NCBI RefSeq assembly: GCF_009914755.1
Contig: NC_060929.1
Source: the human T2T-CHM13v2.0 reference genome, Homo sapiens
Length of the DNA: 64,000 nt
Reading direction: 5' to 3' (one strand)
In this document: piece after piece, positions 35,048 to 48,710 of the stretch
Numbering within the stretch: position 1 is the stretch's first letter
Layout of the letters: the number at the start of each line of letters is the position of its first letter
The notes under the pieces: generated by a model
Database searches by the model: none
What the model was told of the DNA's origin: nothing
What the model saw: only the letters and a program-made list of their open reading frames with translations
Position numbers and translations under genes: made by a program

Positions 35048-35538
35048 AATTCTAGAATAATCCAAGGTCGGGAGCTAATAATTTCACCTACTAAAATGTG
35101 ACTGATTAATTGCTTAAAATTGAAAAAGCTCCTGGGAGAAGATTTCTTGTCAGAATTGTTTAGAATCTGTTCTGTCTGATGGGCTCCCAAAGTGCCAATC
35201 TAGTTCTCTGAATTGAAGTTTTCAGGATGCTAATGTTCATATAATTGGCCTAAACATGACTCAACTAATTGCCAAAAAAGGAGAAATCTTTTGTATCCCC
35301 CAGTTAACTACCAGACCACCAGACCTCTCTTCAGAATTGAATGGTAGGGTTCTCCAAATGACTATAGTTGATTAAGAGTAAGCGGATTTCTGCCACAGTT
35401 ATTCCACTGCTGAACTTGTTTTACTCCAACATCCACCAAAGTTTTAAACAGCATAAGGCTATTTGTAACATTCATTAATCTTTCATCAGCTTGTGATTTC
35501 AGAGGCATGAATTGCCTTTAATCCAAACTGAAAATTTT

Positions 35539-36322
35539 ATATGAAAAAAAGCTCAACATCACTGGTCATTAGACACATGCAAATCAAAACTACAATGAGA
35601 TACCATCTCATGCCAGTTCAAATGGTGATCATTAAAAAGTCAGGAACAACAGAATGCTGGAAAGGATGTAGAGAAATAGGAACGCTTTTACACTGTTTGT
35701 GGGAGTGTAAATTAGTTCAACTATTGTGGAAGACAGTGTGGCGATTCCTCAAGGATCTAGAACCAGAAATACCATTTGACCCAACAATCCCATTACTGGA
35801 TATATACCCAAAGGATTATAAATCATGCTACTATAAAGACGTATGCCCACGTATGTTTATTGCAGCACTGTTCACAACAGCAAAGACTTGGAGCCAACCC
35901 AAATGCCCATCAACGATAGACTCGATAAAGAAAATGTGACACTTATACACCACAGAATACTATGCAGCTGTAAAAAAGGATGAGTTCATGTCCTTTGCAG
36001 GGACATGGATGAAGCTGGAAACCATCATTCTCAGCAAACTAACACAGAAACAGAAAACCAAACACCGCATGTTCTCACTCATAAGTGGGAGTTGAACGAT
36101 GAGAACACATGGACACAGGGAGGGGAACATCACACACCGGGGTCTGTCCATGGGTAGGGGCCTAGGGGACAGATAGCATTAGGAGAAATATCTAATGTAG
36201 ATGATGGGTTGGTGGGTCCAGCAAACCACCATGGCACATGTATACCTATGTAAGTAACAAACTTGCACGTCTGCACATGTATCCCAGAACTTAAAGTATA
36301 ATAATAATCATAATAATAAAAA
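35539..36322 (+). mobile_element. 5'-truncated L1PA (L1PA7/8-like)
   Basis: ORF 35541-35939 is the ORF2 C-terminal region ([34 protein letters not shown]), followed by 3' UTR and A-rich tail. Confidence 0.95.
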
Positions 36323-36399
36323 GAATACTTTGACATATGTCCCAGGTTAATGGTTCTTTAGAATCTGTACCCTGTTTTTCCAAACAGAATCATAGTTAT

Positions 36400-36630
36400 A
36401 ATAATACATATAGCTAAACCTATGGTGCCCTAACTCTGTGCCAAGCCCTGTTCTACACATTTTAAATGGATTATCTCATAGAATCCTTACAACAGCCCTG
36501 TGAGATAAGTGGTATTATCATCTCCAACTCACAGTAAAAAAAAAAAAATGAAGACTCAGAAAATTAAACACATCCAAAGCCACGAAGTGGCAGTTTCTGA
36601 CTCTAGAGCCCTGTTCTTTGCCATGATACT
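36400..36630 (+). mobile_element. MIR remnant
   Basis: AATCCTTACAACAGCCCTGTGAGATAAGTGGTATTATCATCTCC. Confidence 0.7.
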
Positions 36631-37729
36631 CAATTGCTAATTTTAATTATAATTGCTAATTCCAGTCATAAATGGGGTCAAACAGGGCTGTTCTTAACTG
36701 CTTGATAGAGCTACAGTAAATGAGGAAGCATGTCCCTTTCTTAGCAAGCATCCTCCTCTATAATATGTCTTTATTCACTCTCACTTGGAGTAGTCATTAG
36801 AAACATATGAGCCAGCTAGCTAATTACTGTCAAGAAAAAAAAACTTCATATTTGGCAGAGAATCTGCAATATTCAAGTGGAAGAACACTAATGCTTCTAT
36901 TGAATCCTTCAGTTCATTTTAGCTACTTAGGGGAGTTTATATCAGGAGGACTACAATCTAGGGGTATGCTGAGGTTTCTTTTTGAAGAATAGCTCAGTGG
37001 AATGCAGGCTTGATTATAAAAAGCTGGGGCTTGAATAATATCAGCACATTTTTTATTTCTAAGGCAGTTGAATTCCCTTCCAAATTACTTACATCCCTCA
37101 ATGAAAATTAGGCTCTTCCTAGGCCTGATACTTCATTAATGAGTAAAAAGGCTCTATGTATGTACAAAATATTAACAGCCCAAAAGGAGCTATTTTCACA
37201 TGGACTCAAGACTCATCTATCCATTTGCTGTGGCAATGCTGGGAGAGCTCATACTGTGGGTGGGTCAAAGGAGGAAAAGGCTGAAAGATATTGACCATAT
37301 TGAGTCAGGAAACAGAAAGCCCAATGTATTTCAATCCCATTTGCAGTCTTAAATTACAACTTTTACTGACAATGTCTCTATTTCAAAAAGACATTTCTCA
37401 ATAAAATGTAATTCAGACATAATTTGCTTGCCAAAGGCCAAATTGCTATCTTGTACCTCTGCATTTGCATAGCAAATTTCCATCAGGACCTGAAGGCACT
37501 AAACATATATTTAACTTGAGAAAGATGACCAGAGGCTTCCTAAAGGTACAGAAAAGTGAGCTTTTTTGATACTATAGCAAAACTCAATAGATAGTAGTTT
37601 CCTTAAGATTAGCTGCAATGTGTAATTTAAAATTGTATTGATGAACTTTTTATAGTCCCATTAAAATCCATCAGTCTTATGCACTTCTAACGAATCTTTT
37701 ACCCGTGTTGTCCATGTAATGCTATACAC

Positions 37730-38492
37730 TGTCATTTGGAAAGTGTTTAGTTCGCTAGTTATGAAAATCTTCCAAATGTTGATACATTAATTTAACAATA
37801 ACAAAAGGTTACATTTGTTGATATATAAAAATAATGCTACCATATAAAATTCATATTTGTTAATATAACATTAATCTCAGAAAAATCTTTAAATATTGGG
37901 AAGGTGTCAAACTCATGGTGATGGATGCGAGGTTTTTAAAATTCTAATTTTTGCTTGAAATCTTAGATTTTAACACTGATAAAAACACTGTGAGTTGTTT
38001 TTCCCAAAGTGACATTGTTCACTTCCTTTGTTCATTTTGGAGAAAATGTCTGCCAATACCCAAATTTGAACATCTATGGTTTGTCAGTTATTCCTTCAAA
38101 TAAAAGTGCTGTTCCAAAAATAAAGTTCTAACTCAAACAATTTGCTTACATTCTTTTTTTAAGACAATATACTTTGATTGACAGCAGAAGTGCTTCATGA
38201 AGCGGACTTCCCATATCATTGCACAGAATATTTAAAAATTGCACTAACTGTGTGGTGGTGAAAAATACAATGATAACTAGTACAGTTTGGCGCCCCGCCT
38301 TGATTTGCATGAAAGCATTAGCAGCCGTACCCATCATTGCTTTTGTACCAGTAGTGGAAATGACTATACAGTTAAAAAGGTGAGTTGAGTCTTTTATTAG
38401 AAACGTGGTTTTTCATGCTGTAGACTCCTGGAAGTGGTCTCAGAGATTCAGAGATGCCCGGGGGTTAGTGGGTCACACTTTGAGAACCATTG
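37730..38492. mobile_element. hAT-Charlie DNA transposon remnant
   Basis: Ends in CACACTTTGAGAACCATTG, a Charlie/MER5-type terminus. The interior resembles decayed Charlie sequence by eye; left boundary uncertain. Confidence 0.6.
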
Positions 38493-41400
38493 GAACAGAT
38501 TATAGTTCACATAAAACTGATCGAATCTAAAATGAGTTCTTTTTGAGACAGTAGCTCTGTAATTCTGTAGTATGTGGTAGCTGAGCAGATGGCCTACAAG
38601 GAGGAAGACTCTTGACTAAGGATCAAATGTTATGTGTTGAAATGCCATTTTCACTTGAAAAATTGTATTGTTCCTCCTGTATGCCATCACATGGTAGATG
38701 ATACTAACCATCAGTGTGAGGAGAGGGGAGCTGCAGCAGGAGCTCAGGCAGATATAATTGGAAGGACCCAGGAAGTTTCCATGACAGACCTGACTTAGTT
38801 GATTCGGAGCCAGTGCCCAATCCCTACACCTGGCAGGCATTAGAAATGCCAGGAGCCACTGGGAGGAAAGAAGGGCCTGATATCTGGCATTTTAGGTGGC
38901 CTGAGGCAAGAGGGAGCTTGAGCAGAGGTTGTTGGCATCTGTGAGTTGGGTATTTCCAATGAGGACATTGTTATGCCAGAGGCCACTGAAGGCCCCTCCC
39001 TGTCTCTGTGGCTTAGTTGGCAGGACTTCTTTGTCAGCATCTTTCTCTTTCCCCCAGATCCCTTTCAGCACATACCTCCATGCCCCAGTCCCATACTGAC
39101 CATGAGGTTACAAGAGAGGCACTAATTAGCAGCTCGTCCCTTTCCATCCCAAAATTGGACTCCCAGATCTCCAATAAACATCTCATAATTTGGCTCCAAG
39201 AATTCATGTTCAGAGTACAACCTTACAATTTTTATTTTTGGTGTGAATCACTTATTTTATATTTTTAACAACTCCTATTATTGAGAAGTGGCATCTCTCT
39301 TTCCATTGATTCTGATGAGATCTTTGTTGCTATTTTGGTAACAAGAAGCAACAGCTGGAGTAGGGGTCATCCAAAGTCTTTTGTGTTGTGTATAGAAAAT
39401 ACTTAAGGGACTCTGTGAAAAAGTTCTTCTGCATACCCTACATGATTTTATCTGTAATGTAATATTATTAACATTTGTAAGTAATTCCACTTTATAGATG
39501 AAGAAATTGAGGCACCCAAGGTTTAGGTGACGGCTTAAATCAGTGGACGAATGTAAAAGTTGAATACTCTCTGCCCAATGTGTTTTTTCCTAGGCCAGCG
39601 ATTCTGGGGAATTTGAGGACCCAGGCTCATATCCTACCTTCCTATCTACCACCACCTCCCACTACAGCCCCCAAAAATAAAAATTAGTCTAATTTTTTCA
39701 GTCTTATTGCTGATAACATCTGGGATGTTAGTTAAGGAGTGATCGTGACAGTGAATGATGAATAAATTATCAGTCAGCAACTAGAAAGAAAATAAGTGAA
39801 AGTTTACCAGGAAAGCTTTTCTATGGTGCCTTTTAGTTACAGGAATATATTCTAAATATGCACTGTGTTCTTCTTATAAATATTGAGTATTAGTTGACTC
39901 ATCCTATCCTACACAGCGGTCTGTAGATACCACCTTTAATAAATGCTTGGAAGAAGAGCTTTTAATTTCTTTCAATTTGATTGTTGAATCTATATTAGTA
40001 TTATAGAAAGTGTTCTCTAATTTAATACTTATAGAAAAAAATTGCTATTTTGAATTGGTCTGTGACCTCAGTTGCCTTTTCCCTGTCTTTGTTCTGTAAG
40101 AAGAGTTTCTCTTGGCTCCTGATTTACAGTACTAAATATATTCTGACGGAACCATAGCCCAAGCCCCAATGTTCTTAAGTCCTAATTCAATTAAAGGTAT
40201 AAATGATATTAAGAAGCTTCTTGTAGTGCAGAGAACATTTCTATTGGGTAAAATGTTTTATTGGAACACTGATATTTCTGCCATTGCTTACTGCCATCAT
40301 TGTTACTGAACCCTCCATCTCTTGCCCAGGTGTTTACCTCATTATGTATATTTGAATTATTGACAACTGTTGAGCACCTCATCACAGCATTGTGATAATG
40401 AGGTCAAGATTTCAGATGTATGGCTGACATCTCATTGGTTTCACTCCACTAATCCCCAGCCCCAGCTTACCATCTTGCATTAAGCTTTCCACAGACTCAC
40501 AAAGAGTCCTCAGCAAGCAGAGTTGACTTGATAAGAATCCAACACTGCTCTGCCAACTCCCAAAACACTATTGATAGAAAAGTCAAAAGTATGATCTAAA
40601 GTGCATGTAATTCTTATTATGTCTTGAATTTGTACAGGGTGTTTTCACTAAAGAAATCAAAGTACTACTAAAGCTATCTTAAATTATCTTAACCAACATT
40701 TATTCAGTGCCTATAATGATCATGACATTGTGCTCACCACTGTGGGAGATATAAAAATGAATATGGCCCTGTCTCCACCTCATGGAATCCTAAAATAGAG
40801 GTGGGAAGATAATAATAATTATAATGTGTATGACATTGTTGAAGCTTATTATGTTGAAGATATTGTTACATTGTCTTATTTGCTCTCAAACAATTTGGAT
40901 AGGTATTATTATCCCCATTTTAGTAACAAACAAGCTCAAGAAGAGTAAATAACTTACCAAAAGAGATTCATTTACCAACAGATATTTATGCTATGACTCA
41001 AATTCATGCCTTTGATTCTAAACATTTTAACACTTAACTGAATTTCTATAAAGTATAAAGACTTAAAATGGTAAAACAAAAAAGATAAAAATTAATATAT
41101 TCAAAAGTTCTTACAGTTTCCCAGTCCTTTAATACTCCCATAGGGTGTCTGGCTGCTCCCTCTGAAGTGTGCACCCCTTTCCAGTCATTTTGAGAATCCA
41201 TAAAGGGAGGCAGTTTCATATGAGCTTGCAAATCATTCTATGGGCCCTAGACCTCAGGAGGCACCTCGCTGAGACTTGATGGAACATAGAGTTAGAACCA
41301 GACAGTGAAAGAGCGGGAGTCCCACCCATTCTGACTGATAAGGTCCCTTAGTAGAAGCTCCAGGACTCTTAGCAAATTTCAGCAACCATTTTTTTTTCAT

Positions 41401-41499
41401 TGTCTGTCTTTGATATTTAGAATAATAAGCACCTGGGACTGTGGGAGACACACAGTTTTGCCACCCAAGTACCCTTTGTTGCTAAGCTCAGAAGGAGGA

Positions 41500-43065
41500 A
41501 AGAGGCTAATACCACAAAAGAGCACCAAGACCAACCTGGCATGGACCAGCAGGATCCAGGAGAGGATGTGTGAGACTGAATTCTCAGAGTCTTGATCAAG
41601 GAGGCTGGGACACAGCAAATAGTGTGTTGACTTGGAATTGTTTTTCTGAGATATGCAATTTAATATTCTGGAGAGGACCCCAAGAGATCATGCAAACTGA
41701 CTACTATCATGGCTCCCAAAAGTATGGAAAATGCACTGGGCATACTAAGTGTGAAGTGAACATTCCAGCACTTCCATGATAGATGATGGACAAAAGGATT
41801 AAGAGGCTCAGGGAAGTAGGAATGCTTGAATGGATATACTATTATATATATGACCAGAAGATAATTGTTCATAGCAAAGCCCAGAGGACACACCATTTTT
41901 CAAGCCATAAGGAACGTACTACCAAGAAGAATAAAATACTTGGTGGTGGTTCCCCTCTGTAGGCCAGGGCTGATGGCAGGAGATACCATCATAGAACTGG
42001 GCTTACTGATAGCAAAGGGAATAATAGGACTCCAAACCATAAAGTCCAGGTTGTAGCTTTTAACTGCCAGAAGCCAGAGGCTTACAATTAATACAGGAAC
42101 CAGCAAGACTGAGTGAGAATCTAGAGTGCCTAGCTCAGAAAACAGCATCCAAAAGGGCAAAAATAATAGATAGCAAGAAGGGCACTACAGGAAAAAAAAA
42201 TATGGCTGAGCTCACAGATGGCTGAGCGGCTAAGAGCACTCACCCGAGTAAAGAGGAACACTTCTTGCCCAGTTTCTGGACCTGAGTCAGTTTTCAGATC
42301 CAGAACCCACTCATTGAAGATGTGATGAGTCCCCACAAGTAAGGACCATGCTACATCATTAAGAAGAGAGCGCAATACCTGGTGAGCCTCTTGAAGTTCT
42401 AGAGACAGCATATCCCATATCTAGGGTTACTCTGCCAGCCCATAGACTGGGTGATAGAAAAGGCTACAAGACTTTTGCATGGTCCAGAAAATAAAAGGAC
42501 TCTACAGCATATTCAGGCTATAGTATAAGTATCCCTGTCACTTGGGCCATATGATCTGGCAGTCACTATGGTGTTGAAAGTATCAGTGTCTCAGTCCATT
42601 TGTGCTGCTATAATAGAATAACACAGACTTGGTAATTCATAAAGAGCAGAAATTTATTTTCTCACAGTTCTGGTGGCTGGGAATCTAAGATCAAGATGCC
42701 AGCAGGTTCAGTTGTCTGGTGAGGGCTGCTGTCTCCTTCCAAGATGGCGCTTGTTGCCGCATCCACTGGAGGGGAGGAATACCATTTCCTCACATGGTAG
42801 AAGGGCAAGATAGCCAAACACCACATAAAGAAGTCTTTTTTATAAAGGCTGTAATCCCATTCATGAGGGAGCAGCCTACATAATCATCCCTTAAAGGCCC
42901 TACCTCTTAATACCATCACACAAGCCATTGAGCTTCAACACCTAAATTTTGGAAGGGCTATATTTAAACCATAGCAATCAGTAATGGGAAAAGATGCCAT
43001 GCAGAATTTATGGCAAGTCTCAGCAGAAGAATTACACTACAGAGTACTACAGGTGTTAACCCCTC
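41500..43065 (+). mobile_element. ERVL/MaLR internal remnant (gag-like, then pol RT/RNase H linker-like), split by an LTR
   Basis: Reads GIKRLREVGMLEWI, LCRPGLMAGDTIIELGLLIAKGIIG, QFLDLSQFSDPEP and LSLGPYDLAVTMVLKVSV, resembling HERV-L Gag/Pol motifs. Many stops and frameshifts. Confidence 0.8.
42587..42976 (-). mobile_element. MaLR solo LTR (MLT1A/MST-like) inserted in the ERVL internal remnant
   Basis: TG...CA termini. Perfect 5-bp TSD ATCAG at 42582-42586 and 42977-42981. Confidence 0.9.
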
Positions 43066-43509
43066 TGTCTCAGTGTCTGCTTCCAGACAACCCAACCTGT
43101 GATTGGGGTACATGGAATTCTTCCAATATTGCACATGACCAGAATGCAATACAGAAAGAAATTGGGTAAAAATACAAACTTGATAGGAAGCATACATTGG
43201 GTCTATCTCATGACGTTATTTTAAGAAGGGCAATTACCCTCACTAGCAGGCTACTCATTATCTCCCCGTGAAAAATGTTATGAAGTATACCATCAATATC
43301 CACTCCATGTACTTTTCATAGGAGGAAGCCACTGTTCTTTATCTTTCCAAAGTCATGTAAGACTCAACACTCAAGTACCAGTGCCAAAGTCTGATCTTTA
43401 TATTCACTGATGAAGACCATCAAGGAACCATAGAATCATAGCATGTTGGACATGGGAAAGACTTTGCAGGTCTTTATTCTCACTGGTAGAGTTTGATGCA
43501 CACAGTGGA

Positions 43510-43900
43510 GCCTTCAAATGCCTGATCATTGTTTTCCCGCCTTCCTCTGGGACTATGGCATGGGACCTAAGGAGAAGTCTGCCTTTCCCAGGAAGGTTTC
43601 CTCCCCAATAAAAAGATTCACAAGAAAGCAACCCCTCATCTTCTGTGATCTTTTTGATGTCACATTGTCTATTCTTGGTGCTAGAACTATGGTAGCCACC
43701 AGCAACCATAAAGAGAGACATCAGGAACATGATACAACACAGTAAGACAAAAGGGTCCGTGTCCTTTGTTACATCATTGAGCTGTTGAACTAATCCCTCA
43801 AACAACCCTGAGTCCAGAGTTTTTTATTTTTATATAACATCCCTTATTTTTAAAGACATTTTTATATGGGTATTCTGATTTGCAGCCAAAAGCTGCTATA
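43510..43900 (+). mobile_element. Old MaLR LTR (MLT1J/K-like)
   Basis: ACATCATTGAGCTGTTGAACTAA and GGGTATTCTGATTTGCAGCCAAAAGC resemble old MLT1 3' halves. Confidence 0.6.
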
Positions 43901-44786
43901 TTAGGGATTATCTAATCCAGTATCTGTGTTTCACAGATACAGAAACTAGGACTCTGAGTGAGTAAATAACTTGCTCTACAGTCTGATTAAGTATCAGAGC
44001 TACAACTCAAATGCTAGTGTCCTGATTCTTGCACTAAAGCACTTTCCACCAACCCTTATAGAACACTCTAGCTATAATCAAAAGACAATAATAAGACCAG
44101 AAAGAGGCCTGGCAGGCTCTGAGGAGAAGCCACTTCGGCACTCAGGGAGAAGAGGGCTCCTGCCAGTGAATACAGACCAACAGGACAGGATCCTAATCAA
44201 TTGTGAGTGACTCTTCTGCCTTGTTCCTGACCTTGTGTCCCCAGAAAGCCAATTAAAAATAAGCATTGACCATGTCACTGTCCTAGATACACAAAAATAA
44301 CATTACTGTACATGACCAAAAGTGAACCAGATTCTCTGAATTTTTTTCCAACTTCCAAAAATAGTTAGGACTCCCTGCCAAAGAGTGGGGCTTGAATTCC
44401 CATGAAAAAAAAAAAATCAGTTCACGGCATTTGCTCCAGTGTAGAAATAATTAAATACACACTGAAGAATGGAATTCTCAGTGCTCTCTCACCCCATCAG
44501 CCTGTTTTCTGAAAGTAAACAAAAAAAAATTTTCCAATAATGTGGCAACTGCAATGTAATGAAGAAAGCACTAGACTTGGAACCAGGAAAACTGGCTTCT
44601 AGTCTGTAAGAAACATTTATTATTCACTTTAGTAACCCAGCATCTGACCCTTTCTTTACTGGTTTGAAGAATCCCTCATCTTAAAATATAGAACCCATCT
44701 TTCATTGTATAAGCTTAAATGGTCAGATACTTATTTCTCCCAGCTTCCCTTGCAGCTAGAATTTGGGCACATGGCCTAAACTCCAC

Positions 44787-45295
44787 TGCAATGGCTAATT
44801 GTGTGTCAACCTGACTGAATGACAGGTGCCCAGATACTTAGTCAAATGTTATTCTAGGTGTGTCTGCAAGGGCATTTCTGGATAAGATTAACATTCAAAT
44901 CAGTAGACAGAGTAAAGCAGATTGCCCTCCCCAGGATGAGTGGGTCTCATCCAATCCATTGAAGGCCTGAATAGAACAAAAAGATGAGGTAAGACAGAAT
45001 TCACTCTGCCTGACTTTTAACTGGGACATTAGTTTTGTCCTGTCTTCTGACTTAGACTGGAATTTATACTATAAACTCTCCTGGTTCTCAGGCCTTCAGC
45101 TTTGGACTGAAACTATACCATCAGCTCTCCTGGGTCTCCAGCTTACCCACTGCAGATCCTGGGACTTCTTGTCCTCCATAACCATGTGGGCCAATTCTTT
45201 ACTTAATGTGCGTGTGTGTGTGTGTGTGTGTGTATACACATATACATATATAATTCCTACTGGCTCTGTTTCTCTGGAAAACCTTATTCTCAAAA
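44787..45295 (+). mobile_element. ERVL solo LTR (MLT2-type) with internal (TG)n
   Basis: GTGTCAACCTGACTG...GTAAAGCAGATTGCCCTCCCC...CTACTGGCTCTGTTTCTCTGGAAAACC. Confidence 0.85.
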
Positions 45296-45808
45296 GTACT
45301 ATCCTCAGATTTTGAACAGAAAGCTAGTGCGGCAAAGAAAGATCCAGAGAGAGTGGGCTTTGCAAAGAGGGGAGGGGAAACAGAGTTGATTAGATACTCC
45401 TAGTTGAGGTTTGACCTGGAATCACAGGAAACAATCCTGCCGCTTTACAGAAAAGACAAGGGGTATGAGGCTTTTGTTTCCTCTCTCAGTGCTGAGGCAC
45501 TGGGCATTACAGATCCACAAGTCAGTTTTGACCCTTGGCCAGACAGGAAGCCCCATGAGGAAAGAAGCTTCATTGGCCTGTTCATTACCATCTCCCCAGC
45601 ACCTAGCTCAGTGCCTGAAGCCTAGCACCTGCTCATAGTATCTGTTGGATGAATGAAGTCTGCTGTATCTGCATACACATCAGCCATTTCTTGAAAATAG
45701 GATTGTTTTGAGATTTTTATGCTGGCCAAATGAAACCTCCCTCAGTATAGGAATATTAAAGAAACCTCAGGCTAGCAGAAGCATAATAATAACTGAAAAT
45801 AATAATCA

Positions 45809-46304
45809 TAAATCATGCTGCTATAAAGACACATGCACACGTATGTTTATTGCGGCACTATTCACAATAGCAAAGACTTGGAACCAACCCAAAAGTCCAA
45901 CAGTGATAGACTGGATTAAGAAAATGTGGCACATATACACCATGGAATACTATGCAGCCATAAAAAATGATGAGTTCATGTCCTTTGTAGGGACATGGAT
46001 GAAGCTGGAAACCACCATTCTCAGCAAACTATCGCAAGGACAAAACACAAAATACCACATGTTCTCACTCATAGGTGGGAATTGAACAACGAGAACACAT
46101 GGACAAAGGAAGGGGAACATCACACACCAGGGACTGTTGTGGGGTGGGGGGAGGGGGGAGGGATAGCATTAGGAGATATACCTAATGCTAAGTGACGAGT
46201 TAATGGGTGCAGCACACCAACATGGCACATGTATACATATGTAACAAACCTGCACGTTATGCACATGTACCCTAAAACTTAAAGTATAATAATAATAAAA
46301 AAAT
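45809..46304 (+). mobile_element. 5'-truncated relatively young L1PA (L1PA3/4-like)
   Basis: Nearly intact ORF2 C-terminus KDTCTRMFIAALFTIAKTWNQPK...HMFSLIGGN. TSD AAAATAATAATCA at 45796-45808 and 46305-46317. Confidence 0.95.
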
Positions 46305-46919
46305 AAAATAATAATCAAAGAGGTTTGGATTTGGGCTTAACTTTAGGCTTGACATTCATTGGAAGAAGTCACAATATTGAACATTTTCTAATGGTAAAGA
46401 CTCTAGGGATTGATGCCTTGGCTGGGAAAGTGACATCCTCCAGCCATGTACATTCTCATACCTCATGCCAAGATGAACTGAGATCGAAAGTGACAAGACC
46501 TACCTGAACCACCTCTAACCAGATACTCTCAGCAGGGGCTCAACTCTCGTTCCAGTCTTGCTTGTTACATTTTGCTGTTGCCATTAAAGGGTGAAAGGAT
46601 GATCCAGGGAGCAAGCAGATTCCCTTGTTACTATTTAGCTTATAACCAAATCTCTAACTCTTTAATTATTTTCTTGATGCATTTATTACAAGAGAGCTTT
46701 AGTTCAAAGGTAGCAGAGCTTGAAAGTTAGATTTGTACAAAAATTTAAAAAGCAGCTTGTTTTGCCAGAATTATCTATATTTCTTCAGACCAGCACGTGG
46801 CTGTGGTAGTAGAAAAGGCAGGGTCTAAATAGGCCCTCAACAGTCCTTTATTAGAACAGAAACTTCTCTAGGCTGATTCTTTGTGTCCTAATAGGCTTCA
46901 GTATATGACAGAAACAAGA

Positions 46920-47150
46920 GCTAACACCTGCAAATATTTATTATGTGCCAGTCACTGTCCTAAGCACTTGACCTGTATTAACTGAGAGAATCCTCACAAA
47001 TCCCTATGAGGTATGTGCCATCATACCTATTTTACAGATGAGGAAAGGCAGATACAGAGAAGTAACTAACTTGCCCAAGTTCACACAGCTAGGAGGGGAG
47101 GAACGCAAATTTGAACCCAAGCACCTGGCTCCAGAGTCTGTGCTCTTAAC
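46920..47150 (+). mobile_element. MIR
   Basis: CCTATTTTACAGATGAGGAAAGG...TAACTTGCCCAAGTTCACACAGCTAG...TTTGAACCCAAGC. Confidence 0.85.
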
Positions 47151-47315
47151 TGTGGTCAACATGAACACTAGCTGACAAACCCCACGCTGCCTGGCATAGA
47201 TTCCATGGTGTATGCTGGCAACAGAGGAACCAGAGCTAAGCACCAATGGGTAAAGAAGGAGCTGAGGAACAGAAAGCAAGTTTAAGGTATTTTTTAAAAA
47301 CACACACACATACGC

Positions 47316-48045
47316 ATGTGCATGTGTCTTTATAATAGAACGATTTATATTCCTTTGGGCATATACTCAGCAATGGGATTTCTGAGTCGAATGATATTTC
47401 TGTCTTCAGATCTCCAAGGAATTGCCACACTGTCTTCAACAATGGTTGAACTAATTTACACTCCCACCAGGAATGTATAGGGGTTCCTTTTTCTCCACAA
47501 CCTCACCAGCATTTGTTATTTTTTTACTTTTTAATAATAGCCATTCTGACTGGTGTGAGATGGTATCTCATTGTGGTTTTGATTTGCATTTTTCTACATG
47601 CCTGTGTATGTTCATTGCATCACTATTCACAATAGTAAAGATATGGGATCAACCTAAATGCCCATCAGTACTAGACTAGATAATGTGGTACATTTACACC
47701 ATGGATGTAAGAAAATGTGGTACATTTACACCATGGTACATTTACACAGGACATGGATGGAGCTGGAGACCATTATCCTTAGAAAACTAATGCAGGAACA
47801 GAAAACCGAATACTGCATGCTCTCACTTGTAAGTGGGAGCTAAATGATGAGAACACATGAACACATAGAGGGGAACAACACACACTAGGGCCCATTGGAG
47901 GGTGAAGGATGGGAAGAGGGAGAGGATCTAATGGGTACTAGGCTTAATACCTGGGTAATGAAATAATCTGCACAACAAACCCCCATGACACGTGATTACC
48001 TAAGTAACAAACCTTCACATGTACCCCAAACTTAAAAGTTTAAAA
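47316..48045. mobile_element. 5'-inverted older L1PA (L1PA13-15-like): antisense about 47316-47594, sense about 47595-48045
   Basis: Adjacent L1 ORF2 3' segments in opposite orientation, followed by 3' UTR. No clean TSD found. Confidence 0.8.
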
Positions 48046-48379
48046 CAAATCATCTTTATTATTTCTGACTATAAACATAATATGCTCATTGGAGAAAATA
48101 TAGAAAATACTCAAAAAGTATAAAAAATCAAAATCAAAAATCTCACCTGAGTTTGTCTTTTACCCCTACCCACAGGTCTCATTCATTCATTTGCTCACCT
48201 CTTCTACCACTAATTCACTATCCATTTGCCAAGTTTCATGCATGGCTCTGTGGAACAAGTAATATTGTACAGTTCACATAAACTAACCCAGCTTGATTAG
48301 CTTAGAAGAAGTAATAAAGGATATGTAAGAATGTCTTATCTACAATTCAAGGCAAATTGTAATTAAAAGTAATACAAAA

Positions 48380-48710
48380 GAGGATGTTTAGGGCAGCGAA
48401 ACAATTCTGTCTGATGCTGGAATTGTGGATGCATATCGTTATACATTTGTCCAGACCTATAGAATGTACAACACCAAAAGTGAACCGTAAGGTAAACTAT
48501 GGATTTCGGTGATAATCATGTGTCACTGTAGTATGTTCATCAGTTGCAACAAATGTACTACCGGGTGCAGGATCCCGATGGTGGGGAAGGCTCTGCTTAT
48601 GTGTGTATGCAGGCAGGATGCATATGGGAAATCTCTGTACTTTCTGCTCAATTTTGCTGTGATCCTAAGACCTTTCTAAAAGATAAAGTCTATTTAAACC
48701 AAAAAAAAAT
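48380..48710 (+). mobile_element. L1MC-like 3' end
   Basis: TTATACATTTGTCC...GTAAACTATGGA...GGAAATCTCTGTACTTTCTGCTCAATTTTGCTGTGA. Confidence 0.8.

Noticed and set aside
34906-35190. Arg/Glu-rich ORF
   Set aside because: Translation of the polypurine simple repeat.
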